This document shows positions 13,304 to 25,734 of a stretch of DNA of 64,000 bases, one piece after another. This DNA is from Octopus vulgaris. Lineage: Eukaryota. Made by a program: the position numbers and the translations under genes. The stretch is from NCBI GenBank assembly GCA_951406725.2, contig OX597822.1:49972001-50036000 (forward strand), given 5' to 3'. Below the pieces are notes generated by a model. The model did no database searches and was not told the origin of the DNA. It worked only from the letters and a program-made list of their open reading frames with translations. Numbering within the stretch: position 1 is the first letter of the stretch; each line of letters starts with the position of its first letter.

Positions 13304-14239
13304 TTGTTGATATTGACAAAAACCTTAAAATGCGCTTAGTGAACTACATGCAAGTGTCAGGAGTCCCGCTTTTGACGTTAAAATAAACTTGTAATCCAAG
13401 AGAGTTCTAGAGATTTCTTTGCAGTTGAGGGTATACATCGTCTATCATTTACGTAAGGCATACATTATCCACGATCCTAAACTTTACGTTGTAGTCTGTC
13501 TACTAAATTTTAAATGCTAGACGTAACGTGCAGGAATATTCGCAGAGTAACTGTGAATGTTAAACATTTACCTTTCTTATCCTTCAGCAAATAACCTATA
13601 TCTTTAATACCGTTCTATGTTCTCGGCAAATGGTGTAGCCGCCAAAGAAAAGAATATTTTATAATGTTGTATCCATGTACACGCATATTTCTCCATAAGT
13701 ATCGGAGAATTTTTACGGTGTTAACAGTCTTAAAAATTTCACTTCACTTACAAAGATTAAAGTATCAGCCATATGTTAGTTGATGGCTTTCATATCAGCC
13801 ACAAACAATGTAATAATCAGGTAAATTGGCAGTTATCTATTTGCAACGCCTCCACACGTTGCATTTTTATTCTGTCATAAAATACTGTTTTTACATCCCC
13901 AAAGGACATCATGAATAATATAGTAGAATATATACTAAAAAAATACGGTATCATCACCAGTAGATTTTTATGATTATAGTAATTTTGAGATGGATTTAAA
14001 TTAATAGCTGCTCCGTTTCTGAAATTTGCATATGTCCAACGCATTTTTATTTTATATACATACACACGCACACACACACGCACACATACACACACACACA
14101 TACACACATATATGTATGTATATGTATGTATGCATATATGCATGTATGTATGAATGTATGTGTGTTTGTGTATGTATGTATATAAAAGGTGACAAAACAA
14201 TTAGTTTTAAATCTTTGAGCGAGAAATAAGTAATAACGT

Positions 14240-14608
14240 TACGACGGAGTAAAGTCTATATGCCAACGTAAAGTGGCAGTCCTGATTAGGACGGTGGTGC
14301 TACCTTTTTTGACCCCAGCAAACATCTTTTACGTATGTCTATCGACGCACAACTGGGTCCTTATAGCTCGAACAAGGGAGATAATATCCCCACTCAGCCT
14401 TAAACGGTACCTGCGGACCAATGGTTTCTGGGTTATTTCTCTTCACCGTCACAGGATAACCTTGGCTAGAGATGGCAGCTTTGCCCTTGCTCGAGATATA
14501 TAGTTTTAAACTGAGACTCTAATCAGTGACTGTGGTTATAGAAGGTAGTAACACCATCCTAGTCAGGACTGCCATTTTACGTTGGCAAATAGACTTTACT
14601 TTGTAGTA
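14240..14608. repeat. Fold-back element: ~60-bp inverted arms (14248-14306 / 14542-14600), probably PLE pseudo-LTR derived
   Basis: AGTAAAGTCTATATGCCAACGTAAAGTGGCAGTCCTGATTAGGACGGTGGTGCTACCTT vs reverse complement AGTAAAGTCTATTTGCCAACGTAAAATGGCAGTCCTGACTAGGATGGTGTTACTACCTT. Confidence 0.75.
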
Positions 14609-14621
14609 CAGTTACTACATA

Positions 14622-15282
14622 TCAGGTCATCCCATAAGTTCTGTCCGATTTTACCATTTTTAAAATTGATTGAAATTGAATAGTATTTTAGAATATCTAT
14701 TAGAATTAAAACTTATTCTTATGCACTTGTGTACGTTTAAAGTAATTAAATATTATTTTACAGAATAATAGAATTGAAATTTCTTTGATTAAAACTCTTT
14801 CTAACATGGGAGTATCCAAAGAGCATTTAAGGCACAATGATTTATGAGTACAAAGAAGGAAACTCTGCCACCGAGGCGAATCCAAAGTTTCGAAACATAC
14901 TCTCAGTTTATGGAAAAGAATGCTTGAATGAAAGAACTTGCAGGAGATGGCTTGCAAAATTCAGAAGTGGAGATTTCAGCCTTGAAGATGAAGATCGAAA
15001 AGGACGTCCAGTTGAGGTTGATGATAATTTCCTTGAAACATTATTTGAAGAAACTCCTGCATTATCATTTGAAGAATTGGCAATAAAGCTTAGTTCAAAC
15101 CATACAACAGTTCATCATATTCAACAACTTGGAATGCTTTCTAAACTTGGAAAATGGGGTCCTCATGAATTGTTTGAAAGCAGCCGCAAATCCCGAGTTG
15201 ACATCTGCCATTCTCTCCATTCTCGCGAACACAAGTCACCATTCTTGGATAGACTTTTGATTGGTGACGAAAAATGGATATT
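14622..15282 (+). mobile_element. mariner transposon, 5' ITR plus N-terminal transposase, 3'-truncated
   Basis: TA followed by TCAGGTCATCCCATAAG ITR. ATG at 14806 (frameshifted) leads into RTCRRWLAKFRSGDFSLEDEDRKGRP...GKWGPHEL...FLDRLLIGDEKWIF (WVPHEL-like motif and first catalytic D). Confidence 0.92.
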
Positions 15283-15290
15283 TAAAATTG

Positions 15291-15840
15291 CTAGAAATGA
15301 TAAAATTTTGGCTTATATTTTTCAGTGAAGTAGGTTTCCACATTTAATCTAATTTGTGTTGGTGTTCCAACGGCACAGTGATAAAATGAAAAGATTACTA
15401 ATTGTGGTAGCAGTTGCTTTGTGCATTTCTCTTTGTGTTCAATAGAGGGCATCATTCTGTATTCTAGGAATGCAATCTGCTGTCGGTGCAGAGGGCATCT
15501 GCGTATGAGCGATAATCCCATGTACCCTATGTAGTTTTGGAGACAGCCCGAGCATCTTATGACATAAATCAAATTTTCTGAAGCACAAGTAAAGTCAGAT
15601 TTGATTTTGAGTTTTTGTCCCTTTTTCAGAAGGAATTTTGATCCTTCTTGAAGGTTTGGGAATGTCACTTTTGTGTCTGGCATTTTAGAAAATAATTTTG
15701 CTTTTGTGAGGAGTTTTAAAGTGATTTCGGTTGTGTGTGGCTGTTATTGATCATATGTGTGTGTAAAATTTCCTTTAATTCGGGGTCCTTATGAAGCATT
15801 GGTAAATTTTGGGAGATGATAGTGAAGGCTTCTTTGTCAT
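15291..15840 (-). mobile_element. Penelope-like element fragment, GIY-YIG endonuclease region
   Basis: ORF 15291-15683 has FTCASENLIYVIRCSGCLQNYIG...R...H...RLNVETYFTEKYKP (GIY-YIG with CxxC insert). Upstream linker QNLPMLHKDPELKEIL...QPKSL. Confidence 0.88.
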
Positions 15841-16098
15841 TCCCAGCATTTTTGATTATCTCCCTTATAGCGAAAAAGTCCCTGATTACTTTCCCTTGTC
15901 TACAAGTCTCATACTTCACTTCATACCGAAGAGATGACACAACATCGGTAAAGAAATTTAGAAATTTGAAAGAGAAAACATGAAACCGGTTATTTCTCCC
16001 CAAAACAATGTTACTTTATACATTTTATAACATTTTCCTAACATAACTATTTAATTATATTCTTTAACCAAATAACACAAGTGCTCTGTAGTTTTTCA

Positions 16099-16130
<32 letters not shown>

Positions 16131-16250
16131 ATTATGTATATATACGTAAAATTTATAACGTATATAAAGTATAATTTCACTACCAGCGGCGTAGCATGTA
16201 TAAATATTCAATAGACAAATTGTTCTCAATACAAAATAGTGTACATTTAA

Positions 16251-16481
16251 ACACAAGAGAAGCGACCTTTAACAGGTTGTTTTACACGCAAGAAGAAGCA
16301 GGCAAAACAATCAAAACCACATTTAAGAGCAACTTCGAAGGGAAAGAAAAATAAAAACTTTTATCTTGCTACTTTTTGTACGGTTTTGCCGTAAAAACAT
16401 TTCTCTTAAATGTGGTTTTGGTCGTTTTGACTGCTTCATCTAGCGTGCAAAACTACTTGTTAAAGGTTGTGTCTATTGTGT
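16251..16481. repeat. MITE-like fold-back with ~79-bp imperfect inverted arms
   Basis: ACCTTTAACAGGTTGTTTTACACGCAAGAAGAAGCAGGCAAAACAATCAAAACCACATTTAAGAG (16265-16329) vs reverse complement of 16403-16467, ACCTTTAACAAGTAGTTTTGCACGCTAGATGAAGCAGTCAAAACGACCAAAACCACATTTAAGAG. Confidence 0.75.
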
Positions 16482-16511
16482 ATATATATATATCTATATA
16501 TATATATATGT

Positions 16512-16810
16512 ACGTATATTAAGGGCATTACTATACATAAATGCCTCACACTAGGAGGCATTTTGTGCAATAATTATGAAATCATTTGATATGCAGCTGA
16601 ATTCCGTGTTTAAACTGCTCGCTTGCAGAGTTGCATTCCCTCGAGTTCGGTACAATGTGTCTATTTATTACGGTTGTTCTGACTTTAAGCGTCCCTCCTA
16701 GCGTGAGGCATTTATATATAGTACAGCCCTTAATATAAGTAAATATATTTATGAGGAATAATTGATTTTTTTCCCTTCTGAGGTTTTTCACGCTAACTAC
16801 TTGATAAATT
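16512..16810. repeat. PLE terminal-repeat fragment with inverted partial copy (arms 16512-16558 / 16694-16740)
   Basis: TATATTAAGGGC..TACTATA.ATAAATGCCTCAC.CTAGGAGG occurs in both orientations. The same motif occurs at about 61575-61620 next to the PLE RT fragment. Confidence 0.65.
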
Positions 16811-16903
16811 CTGATAAAAATGTTATCGTATTTTTTCAATTGTATATATATATATATGTGTGTGTGTGTATGTGTGTGTATGTGTATATGTATATATATA
16901 TGA

Positions 16904-16958
<55 letters not shown>

Positions 16959-17796
16959 TATGTATATGTATGTATGTATATGTATGTATGTATGTATGAA
17001 TATATATATATGTACATATGTACATATATATATATATATATATGCATAAATTTACATATTTATACATGTATACACAGACATACACGCAAACACACACAAA
17101 CAAGCACATATATACAAGTATGTTTCGACTTATGTTGTCTGTAAGCTTGTATATATGAATGTACATATGTATGTAGCAAATTTCTTGCAAAAGACACTAG
17201 ACCTACATTAGACCAGCAAAAACAACACGTACGGTAAAATCAATGAGAAGAAAACATACTTCGAAACCACAAGCGTATGCACATGGTCATAATCATCATA
17301 CAGTACATTACAAAGAATATTAGTAGGTATATATAATCAATCATCAGAAAATATTTAGTAATCCTGACTTAACAAAGTGCAATATATCGAGAATCACACA
17401 CCCTGCCTCCATACAAATATGAAACAAAAGAAATCACAACATAGGAGCAACACATCCTACAACATATGATTTTATTCACCCAATAGTTAAAATGCATCTA
17501 CAAATAGACGTAAAACATTCCTCAGAGTGTTCACTATGCACCTCACAATTTCATATAGATTACAAAACCTCTTAAGACCTGTTTATTTCTAACAACAAAA
17601 ACCTCTCAAAAATCAAATTATAAGAACATTTCTTTGTACTCTTTCAATAGAAACTGTGTACTTGTGCATGTAGCTATATATATTAGAGAAACAAAATAGC
17701 TTTAAACTTAGGTTCACTACATGTATGCATACATACATTCATACATACATACAGACAAACAGACATATATATATTTATATATATACATACATATAT

Positions 17797-17854
<58 letters not shown>

Positions 17855-17949
17855 ACACACACACACATATATATATCCTGTTTATTTGCATTTATAAGTA
17901 TCTTGAAGTACTCCTTTTAATATATAATTAATTTCTGAAAACCGTTGGA

Positions 17950-18900
17950 GAAAGCAACATATTTTTAAAAAGAATTATTGTTGTACAGGAAGGGTCATGC
18001 CATGGACTTGACAGACATTGTCAACAATTTGCAATAGAAACGCTCAAGATCACGAAGCATCCTGAACAGTGAAGAATAATTTTCTCGTTATGTCGCCTTT
18101 CTAAGGAGATGTATCTTATCTGGAAAAGAAGAGAAGAATCTTAAACAGGAGAGATTCAAGGAGCTACTTGAACAGCAAAGAAGAATCAATTGCGTTGTGT
18201 CTCTAGATGTTTCAAATCTTCAAGCAGATACCTGCACAAGTGGATTTCTAAATTAGAACTGGTTGAACACACAATTTATAGCCGACTTAGAGAGTAGATT
18301 GTAATTGTTAAGTTGAAATTTAAGCTTAACATTAACTCCTACTCACAAGTCAAATGCAGTAGATAATAGTGCCCCAAAAAAGAACGTATCACTACATCCA
18401 CTATGTATTGAAGGGATATAATGATACGAGAAAGCAAAATCTGTGAAACAAAATAAATGTGAGTATAGCTGTTTGCCGCTGTTCAGAGTAAGGCATGTTC
18501 AGCTTAGAATTACATTCTAATGATGTGATATATGTTGGCAAATGAATAGGTGTGTAAATACTATTTGAATTGAAATAGATTTTTTCTTAGCGGATGATAG
18601 CCGGTTGAACTGGGGGAAGACGTTTCCGAAACATGTCTATAAACAGATTCTCCGTTGTTTAAAGAGTCCTCTAGCTTTGTCCGATTTGCATATGGTAGGT
18701 TAGTCGAACATGCAGTTTAAATAAGAAAGCTACAAGTTGGATAGAACACTAAATGCTCAATAAGCATAGGCAGAGGGTCTAGTCATCTAAGGCCCATTGG
18801 TATTTCAGTATCATGACTTTACACTAAAATTTGAGAAATCATTGGATGGATGTAACTACAGAAACTAAATGTATATTTACACATTCCACCTTAAACCGAC
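17950..18900 (+). mobile_element. Very old LINE relic (RTE-like)
   Basis: Only weak peptide traces: QERFKELLE, and IVPQK...Y*RDIMI resembling the IVPxPKKG...NWRGIxL pre-RT motif. Confidence 0.3.
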
Positions 18901-19730
18901 CTATACTCAGTAATACATACATATACATATACATATACATATATGCATAAATACAGACAGACAGACAGACACACACACACATATATGAAAAAAGATTTCT
19001 TGTGTAAGGCCATAACAGGACAATGGGATGTAAAGTAGATTACAGAAGGAAAAGACAGCAGAAGTTGTACGTTGCATTTCTCTATTTCGGTGTTATATCT
19101 TCTTCCTCAGAGCATTTAGAAACGCGAGGGATTGACAAGTGGTTATTCGTTGCTTATAACCTTGTTTTTATTCTTTTGTTCTTTTACTTCTTTCAGTCAT
19201 TTGATTGCAGCCATGCTGGAGTACCGCCTTAAAATGTTGTCAACGAACAGCCACGGCACACGAACCCGCATCTCCATGGGACCAGTTGAGTATTTTACTA
19301 TTCAGCGAAACTACCTTACTTTTGAATTATGGCAGCAGTGACCGACTTAAACAAGGAGACTGTCCAGATGAGTTGCAGGAGATTCCGAAGTCGTTTGCAG
19401 GCGGTGATTGAGGTCAATGGCAATTTTATTGAATAAATTTGCTCTTTAGTATTTCCAAGATCTTTTTATATAATTTTGGTAAATATATCTGTTAAAATGA
19501 GATGTCAGTGTTATTTTCATTTTCCCGTAAATTAGGTAATAGTTCATTGACCGCACGTGTTATATACACACACAGTCACACGCACATCACATACACATAA
19601 ACTCACACACATATACATACATGCATGCATACATATCCCTCACTCTTTCTCTCTCTGTCTATCTATATATATATGTATATATACCTATCATTCTTTCTAT
19701 CTACCTATCTACCTACCTACATACCTACCT

Positions 19731-20712
19731 AGACGCCATTTTTACCGTCTTAAATTATTAGGTAGGTCTAATAAAATGCTAATTATGCATACACGAACAT
19801 TTATTTAATGCGACAGTCAATTTTTAATAACAAATATAATCATAGCAGACTTTATAATGAACATATTGATATGACTGAATGGAAATAATACCAGAAATAT
19901 GACGTCATAAAATTATTAATGATAGATGTATGCACCTCCACATGAGAAAACGTTCCTGAAACATTTATCAATTGAATTTGTGAAGGAAACTATTTCAACT
20001 CTCTGCAGCATACACAAAACCTTCTCAGAGAATATTTCGTTGAAAACTGCCGTCCATGTTGATATATCTTCTTCAAAGCACTCGATAGATTTTCTATCGC
20101 GTTTAAGTCGGGTGAACACGCTGGCCACTTCCTTAAACGGTGTCCATAGAAGGTTTTATATTTTTTGCTACTTACTTCAGGAGGCGACACCTAGTAGATT
20201 TAGAAATGTCTTTCCTACCACAAATCCTTAAACACTTCTCGGTGAGTGAGACACGTGTACTTCGTAGTTTCCCACGTTTAATGTGACAGGGTACGCCTGG
20301 AAACAACCCTCGATTAATGCTTGTCAGTCACGAACGGACAGCAGAAGACTTCACAATTTTTTTCACAGTTCGATTATCTCTTCCCATGATCTTTGATATT
20401 TCCAATGTTGATTTTGTTTTTTCCAAGTTCTAAGACGTGGGTGGGGTTCTCATTCGATGCTGAATCATGTTTTTGACCCATAATATCACTTTTATTGGAC
20501 ACTTGCCTAATAATGCAGGACGGTAAAAGTTTTGCTGTTTCACGAAAATGGCCGCCGTTTGTTTACACCTGCGGGGATCCAATTTATGTTACTACAGTAT
20601 GCGCAGACAGATTTTACCATGATTCAGTGAAAAAATATCTGGATTCGAACGACTAAATAATCTGTTATTTCCACAAAACAGAGCTGCGTAATAATTTGAT
20701 ACGCAGCACGTA
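19731..20712 (-). mobile_element. Internally deleted Tc1-like DNA transposon
   Basis: ORF 19990-20190 has KWPACSPDLNAIENL. Inverted sub-terminal motif TTTTACCGTC....ATTATTAGG at about 19739-19761 and 20507-20529. Confidence 0.8.
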
Positions 20713-20723
20713 TACATACACAC

Positions 20724-20786
<63 letters not shown>

Positions 20787-22427
20787 TATCTTGTGTTTTA
20801 ATGGTTAATTACGAGAATTTTATGTATATAGAATCAATCGTTTCCATTAAAAAACGTTTTGCTACGCTGCACCTGGTTGTATTGGATGTAAACTGGGAAT
20901 TGTAACGGAAGTCGTCAAGAACGGAAGCATGACTCACTGAATAAGTTATTTAGATTCATTACCAGGTAATACCAGGGAACAGCTTCAAATATTTATCTGG
21001 GAGATAGTTGATTATTTACTTCGAATAAAAACTTCCCATGTGGTATTTGTTTCAAAGGTAATTCTTTGGGAAACGACATCTAAAAGTAGCCGATTATTGT
21101 CCATGCATTCCTAATATTTATTTCTAAGGACTGATACAAACTGATAAGTTCTGTGGGAGAGATCAGTGAAATATAAAGCCTTACCGCCTTCTGCAATCTG
21201 TATTTCGTTAATTTTAACATTTTCAGCTTGCCTTTTTTTTTCTCTTCTAGATAATATTGACTTACGGCATCAAACATGCTAGCTCCCTCTTTACTGTTTA
21301 ATAAAATAACTTTGATGCATAAGCTTAATTTGTTGTAGTTTATGCAGCAGAAAGAGAAATATTAACGACTCATTTCAGATTTCACTGCGAGCGCAGTAAA
21401 TGATCGTTTTGACTCTTTCGCTGAGGACAACAAAAGTGTATGCTTAAATATAAGATGTAACCCGATACCCTGTTACAAATCATAACCTGAAACTTGTATC
21501 CCTTTAGCGTTATGCATTTCTGAAAGACGCCCACGGCATGTTTTAAATTTAAGATTAAATTCCTTTGCAATACCCAAAAGATTGAAATATATTGAGTCTC
21601 TTGAACAAATATGCGAAGGGATATAACGATCTCTGCGCTGTAGTGAAACATAGTTCTCCAGAAGAATGGTGGATGTTACTTTTGATGTGTCTTCAAGAAG
21701 CAACTGAGGGTATTGCATTCTGTTCGGGAATCAATCATCCTTGTAGTATGTGCATTAAATCTTGTACGACTCAGATAGGGAAACTAACTATTCCACGAAC
21801 TCGTTAGTAATAAAATTAATTCTGCTCTTAAGATGTGTTCAGCAGAGGTCAACAAATAATTTTAGTTGTGTGCTTGATGCATTGATGATATAAATTGAGG
21901 TTAAAATATCTAAATTGAATAATGAAAGGTTTGGACGTTCGTAAAAGTGACGTGTATAAACAAGAATAAAGATGTTTGCACGTTTGATTGATGTTTTCCC
22001 TTACAGAGCATTGAAAATATGATGATACTTGCTACGACTGCTAATATATTTCGATAAGTGGAACGATTTAAATGTTATGATATGTCATCACGATAAAGTT
22101 GGTGTTGTCCATATCAGGTCAACTCTGGATAATCACACCTATAAGCAAAAGCATTCAACACAACTGTATCCATAAGAGCATATCTAATATTTAGATTACT
22201 GAATACTTCTCATTAAGAAAATACGGGATATTCAGTTTAAGTTTTACTTAAACAAACGATTAGAGATTGCTTTTGTCTTAAGAGCATTTTCTGGCTATGA
22301 GACATAGTTATCTACAGACTAAACTGTCATTTCGGGGTAGATAAAATGGGAACCAGATCCGTTTCAGAGTTTCAGTTATCGTAGAAAATATCGCTATTAT
22401 GATTATTATAATTATAATTATTATTAA

Positions 22428-22466
<39 letters not shown>

Positions 22467-22467
22467 A

Positions 22468-22642
22468 TTTTACTCTTCCACTTGTTTCAGTGATTAGACT
22501 GCGGCCATGGTGGAGCACCGCCTTTAGTCGAGCAAATCGACCCCGGGACTTGTTCTTTGTAAGCCTAGTACTTATTCTAGCGGTTTTTTAACGAACCGCT
22601 AAGTTACCGGGGCGTAAACACATCACCATCGGTTGTCAAGCG
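22468..22642 (-). mobile_element. SINE family B tail half
   Basis: CTTGTTTCAGT...GCGGCCATGGTGGAGCACCGCC...AAATCGACCCCGGGACTT...CGGTTGTCAAGCGA. Confidence 0.85.
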
Positions 22643-22659
22643 AGTCGCTTGCCGAGACT

Positions 22660-23770
22660 CACCCAGCATCCTAGGGCGAATGAAGGATAAGAGATGTTAC
22701 AGTATGACTGATGGCGTGGGGATGGGTATTAGCAGAGGCAGTAGCGAAATATCTTCATGTAATACAACACAGACATTGAAACTGATACTGCTTTTCTAAG
22801 GATGTGGGCAGTACTTGTCAGCACAATCTTTTGGATTTAACAGAGACATGGTTCTCCTGTGATATTTTTTAGATGTTTCTGACATTCCTTTTCGTCATAC
22901 CTAGGGCACCCACAATGACAGGAACAGTTCTCCTTTTAAGATGGCACCTCTTTTGTATTTCAATTCCCAGGTAATTGTATTTACTTTATTTGTCAAATAC
23001 CTTTACAGATATATTTTTATCAGTGGGAACACCTACATCTGTTAGTTAACAGGTATTTTCTTCCTTGCCTTTAATTACTCTGGTCGACTAGATTGGATCT
23101 ATTTGTCGGTGTTGACTGGAAAATCCCGGTGGATAGTGATATGTTTACCTCCAATAAGTGGCTAAGGATGATGTTCATACCAGTAAGCAGGAATGTCTAC
23201 ATATTTTCCAATGTTAATACTGTCCTACACGATCATGGAGATCTTTGTATTCGTTTGGTGTCAGCACAGGACATCCCGAGACGAGATAGTCTATTATTTC
23301 GTCAAATGTGTCACAGAATCTGCATTTAGATATCATAACCATTTTGAAGAAATTTGGCTGGTAGGTTTTGGTAAGCAAGCTTTGGTTTTGTGCCGCTAAT
23401 ATGAAACCGTTCTGAAATTCTCAGCCACTGATGGGTTGTTTACTTGGTCTACATCAGCATTTCGGCTTCGAAGTCTATATTGTCCATGCAGATGCTTCTG
23501 ATTCCGCTGCTCCTCAATTTGTTTCTGCCCGTTCTTTTTTGCAGTCTGGAACACTGTCGAACGCTTTCCTGTAGTCTATCCACACCATACACAGGTTCTT
23601 CTTTTTGCTCGGTGGTTCCTTTACTTCTATCGCGTTTTTGCCAATTTCCCTATAAAATTTGTTTGCATCCGTCTTGAATATCTTGTTTTGTCGACAACAT
23701 TTGATTCTTTTGTCATACTTTCTAAGACGTTGGGCTATCAGTTGTATTCGTTGTTTCACTAGTTCATTGG
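22660..23770 (-). mobile_element. R4/Dong-type (restriction-like endonuclease) non-LTR retrotransposon, internally deleted relic
   Basis: Minus-strand peptides AQRLRKY...RQNKIFKTDANKFYR, KKNLCMVWIDYRKAFDSVP (RT), FILAAQNQSL, and C-terminal TVPVIVGALG...IQKIVLTSTAHILRK. Confidence 0.85.
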
Positions 23771-23851
23771 TTGCAGGGATATTTATAAAATCTGTCCACG
23801 GACAAACAAACACAACTGATAACAATACCTACGTCTTCGCTAAGGCGGATG

Positions 23852-23967
<116 letters not shown>

Positions 23968-24019
23968 GTTGGCACTCTGTTATGAATGCGAAAAAATGTT
24001 CGAGTGAGTTTATGCATTG

Positions 24020-24775
24020 TAGGCAGTTTAAGCAGCAAGATGGAAGTGCAATAACTGTAGTTGCAAAGAAGGTGAAATCAATGCCAAAGCAAAATGCGTT
24101 TGAACAATTGACTGATAGATGGGAACAAAAACATCTGCATTGCAAATATGTGGCCCGTAGCAAACAACCGATGTAGACCAGAAGCACACCCATCAGTGGC
24201 AATGGAGCTCAAGGCTAAAGGCAGACATTGAAGGGTTTATCATGGCTGCCCAAGATCAGAGCTTATTGTCTCGGAACTATCAAGTCAGTGTGATGGAAAA
24301 TAGCGTAGATCAAAAGTGCCGACACTGCAACGATGCGATAGAAAGAGTAGACCACCTAATCTTTGGGTGTAAGGTTTTAGAACCAGTAGAGTATAAATCA
24401 AGGCACGACAGAATTGGCCAATATCTACATTGTATAATGTGTCGATATTATAAAATCAAAATTCCTGACGAATGGTAAAAAAAACAGATATTGTTATGAA
24501 AGTCATGTTTATTGATTGATATGAACATACCCTCTGACCATAATATCTCGGCAAAAGAATTTCTTAAGTTCAGAAAGTAAAAAAAAAAACATTTGCTAAT
24601 CGATATTGAAACGATGTGGCATCTATCAGTGATTGTAGGAACACTTAGAATGATCAAAGAAAAAAATGAACTGAAAATTATTTAAGAATGGTCCCTGGCT
24701 TACCATCCATGCAGGAAGTGGAAAAGATTGTCTTAACTGGTATGTTACCCCCATTGAGAAGAACATTGTCGCTGT
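24020..24775 (+). mobile_element. R4/Dong-type LINE 3' fragment (CCHC knuckle + RLE), degenerate
   Basis: ORF 24242-24478 has MAAQDQSL...KCRHC....ERVDHLIFGC..L...EYKSRHD. Downstream DMNIPSDHNI and EKIVLTG...LRRTLS. Confidence 0.85.
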
Positions 24776-24808
24776 GAATGTTCTTTCCTCCCCACCACTT
24801 TATCTTAT

Positions 24809-25035
24809 TTACTCTCTTTTACTCTTTTACTTGTTTCAGTCATTTGACTGCGGCCATGCTGGAGCACCGCCTGTAATCGAGCAACTCGACCCCGGGACTT
24901 ATTCTTTTGTAAGCCCAGTACTTATTCTATCGGTCTCTTTTGCCAAACCGCTAAGTAACGGGGACATAAACACGCCATCATCGGTTGTCAAGCAATGCTA
25001 GGGGGACAAACACAGACACACAAACACACACGCAC

Positions 25036-25079
<44 letters not shown>

Positions 25080-25234
25080 GACAGGCTTCTTTCAGTTTCC
25101 GTCTACCAAATCCACTCACAAGGCTTTGGTCGGCCCGAGGCTATAGTAGAAGACACTTGCCCAAGGTGCCACGCAGTGGTACTGAACCCGGAATCATGTG
25201 GTTGGTAAACAAGCTACTTACCACACAGCCACTC
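24809..25234 (-). mobile_element. Composite tRNA-derived SINE (family B) with internal (CA)n/(TA)n microsatellite, well preserved
   Basis: Near-identical to 36044-36472 and 61043-61463. On the minus strand it has an A-box-like TGGCTGTGTGGTAAG and a B-box-like GGTTCAGT.CC. Confidence 0.92.
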
Positions 25235-25581
25235 TTGATTACCCTAGGAACAGAAAACCAAATTGAAGCATGGATATTGTGGAGGTCGTTGCACCTTAAT
25301 GATTATAGGTCATATTCGTTTGCAAGCGATGCGAAGTATAGCTACTGAATTGTTTTGGGATAATGACTACAATATATATTTGTTTTACACGAAAGCGAAA
25401 TTTCTTGTCATAAACAGCCGCATATGTGGTGTAAGTAAATTGAAGGAAGACTTTAAAACTTCCCTTCTGCGAGTTTATTTTATTCAACAGCAAAAGCAAC
25501 TATTTTTTCGGATAGAAAAATGGCAATGTAATGCCTATTTGAAAAAGGAGAGTTAATAGAATGTATTTACAACGTGCACAC

Positions 25582-25734
25582 CGTATCCGATCACACTGAA
25601 ATTGACTTCAGGTAACGAAAAATGAAGAGATGAAGAGCTTGACTCCAGTTCACGAATACTGCTTTGAATCTGTAGCAGTTCGCTGTGAAAAGATGTCGTG
25701 TTCGAAATATCATAATGGATGGGTAAATACGCTT
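25582..25734 (-). CDS. Candidate isolated coding exon (153 nt, phase 1-1), unknown product
   Basis: Acceptor TTGCTTTATTTTACAG, open frame EAYLPIHYDISNTTSFHSELLQIQSSIRELESSSSSLHFSLPEVNFSVIGY, moderate donor ACG|GTGTGC. Non-repetitive sequence; no partner exons confirmed. Confidence 0.25.

Noticed and set aside
21080-21810. Possible hAT- or Sola-like transposase remnant
   Set aside because: Only vague resemblance, on conflicting strands; no TIRs or catalytic motifs identified.
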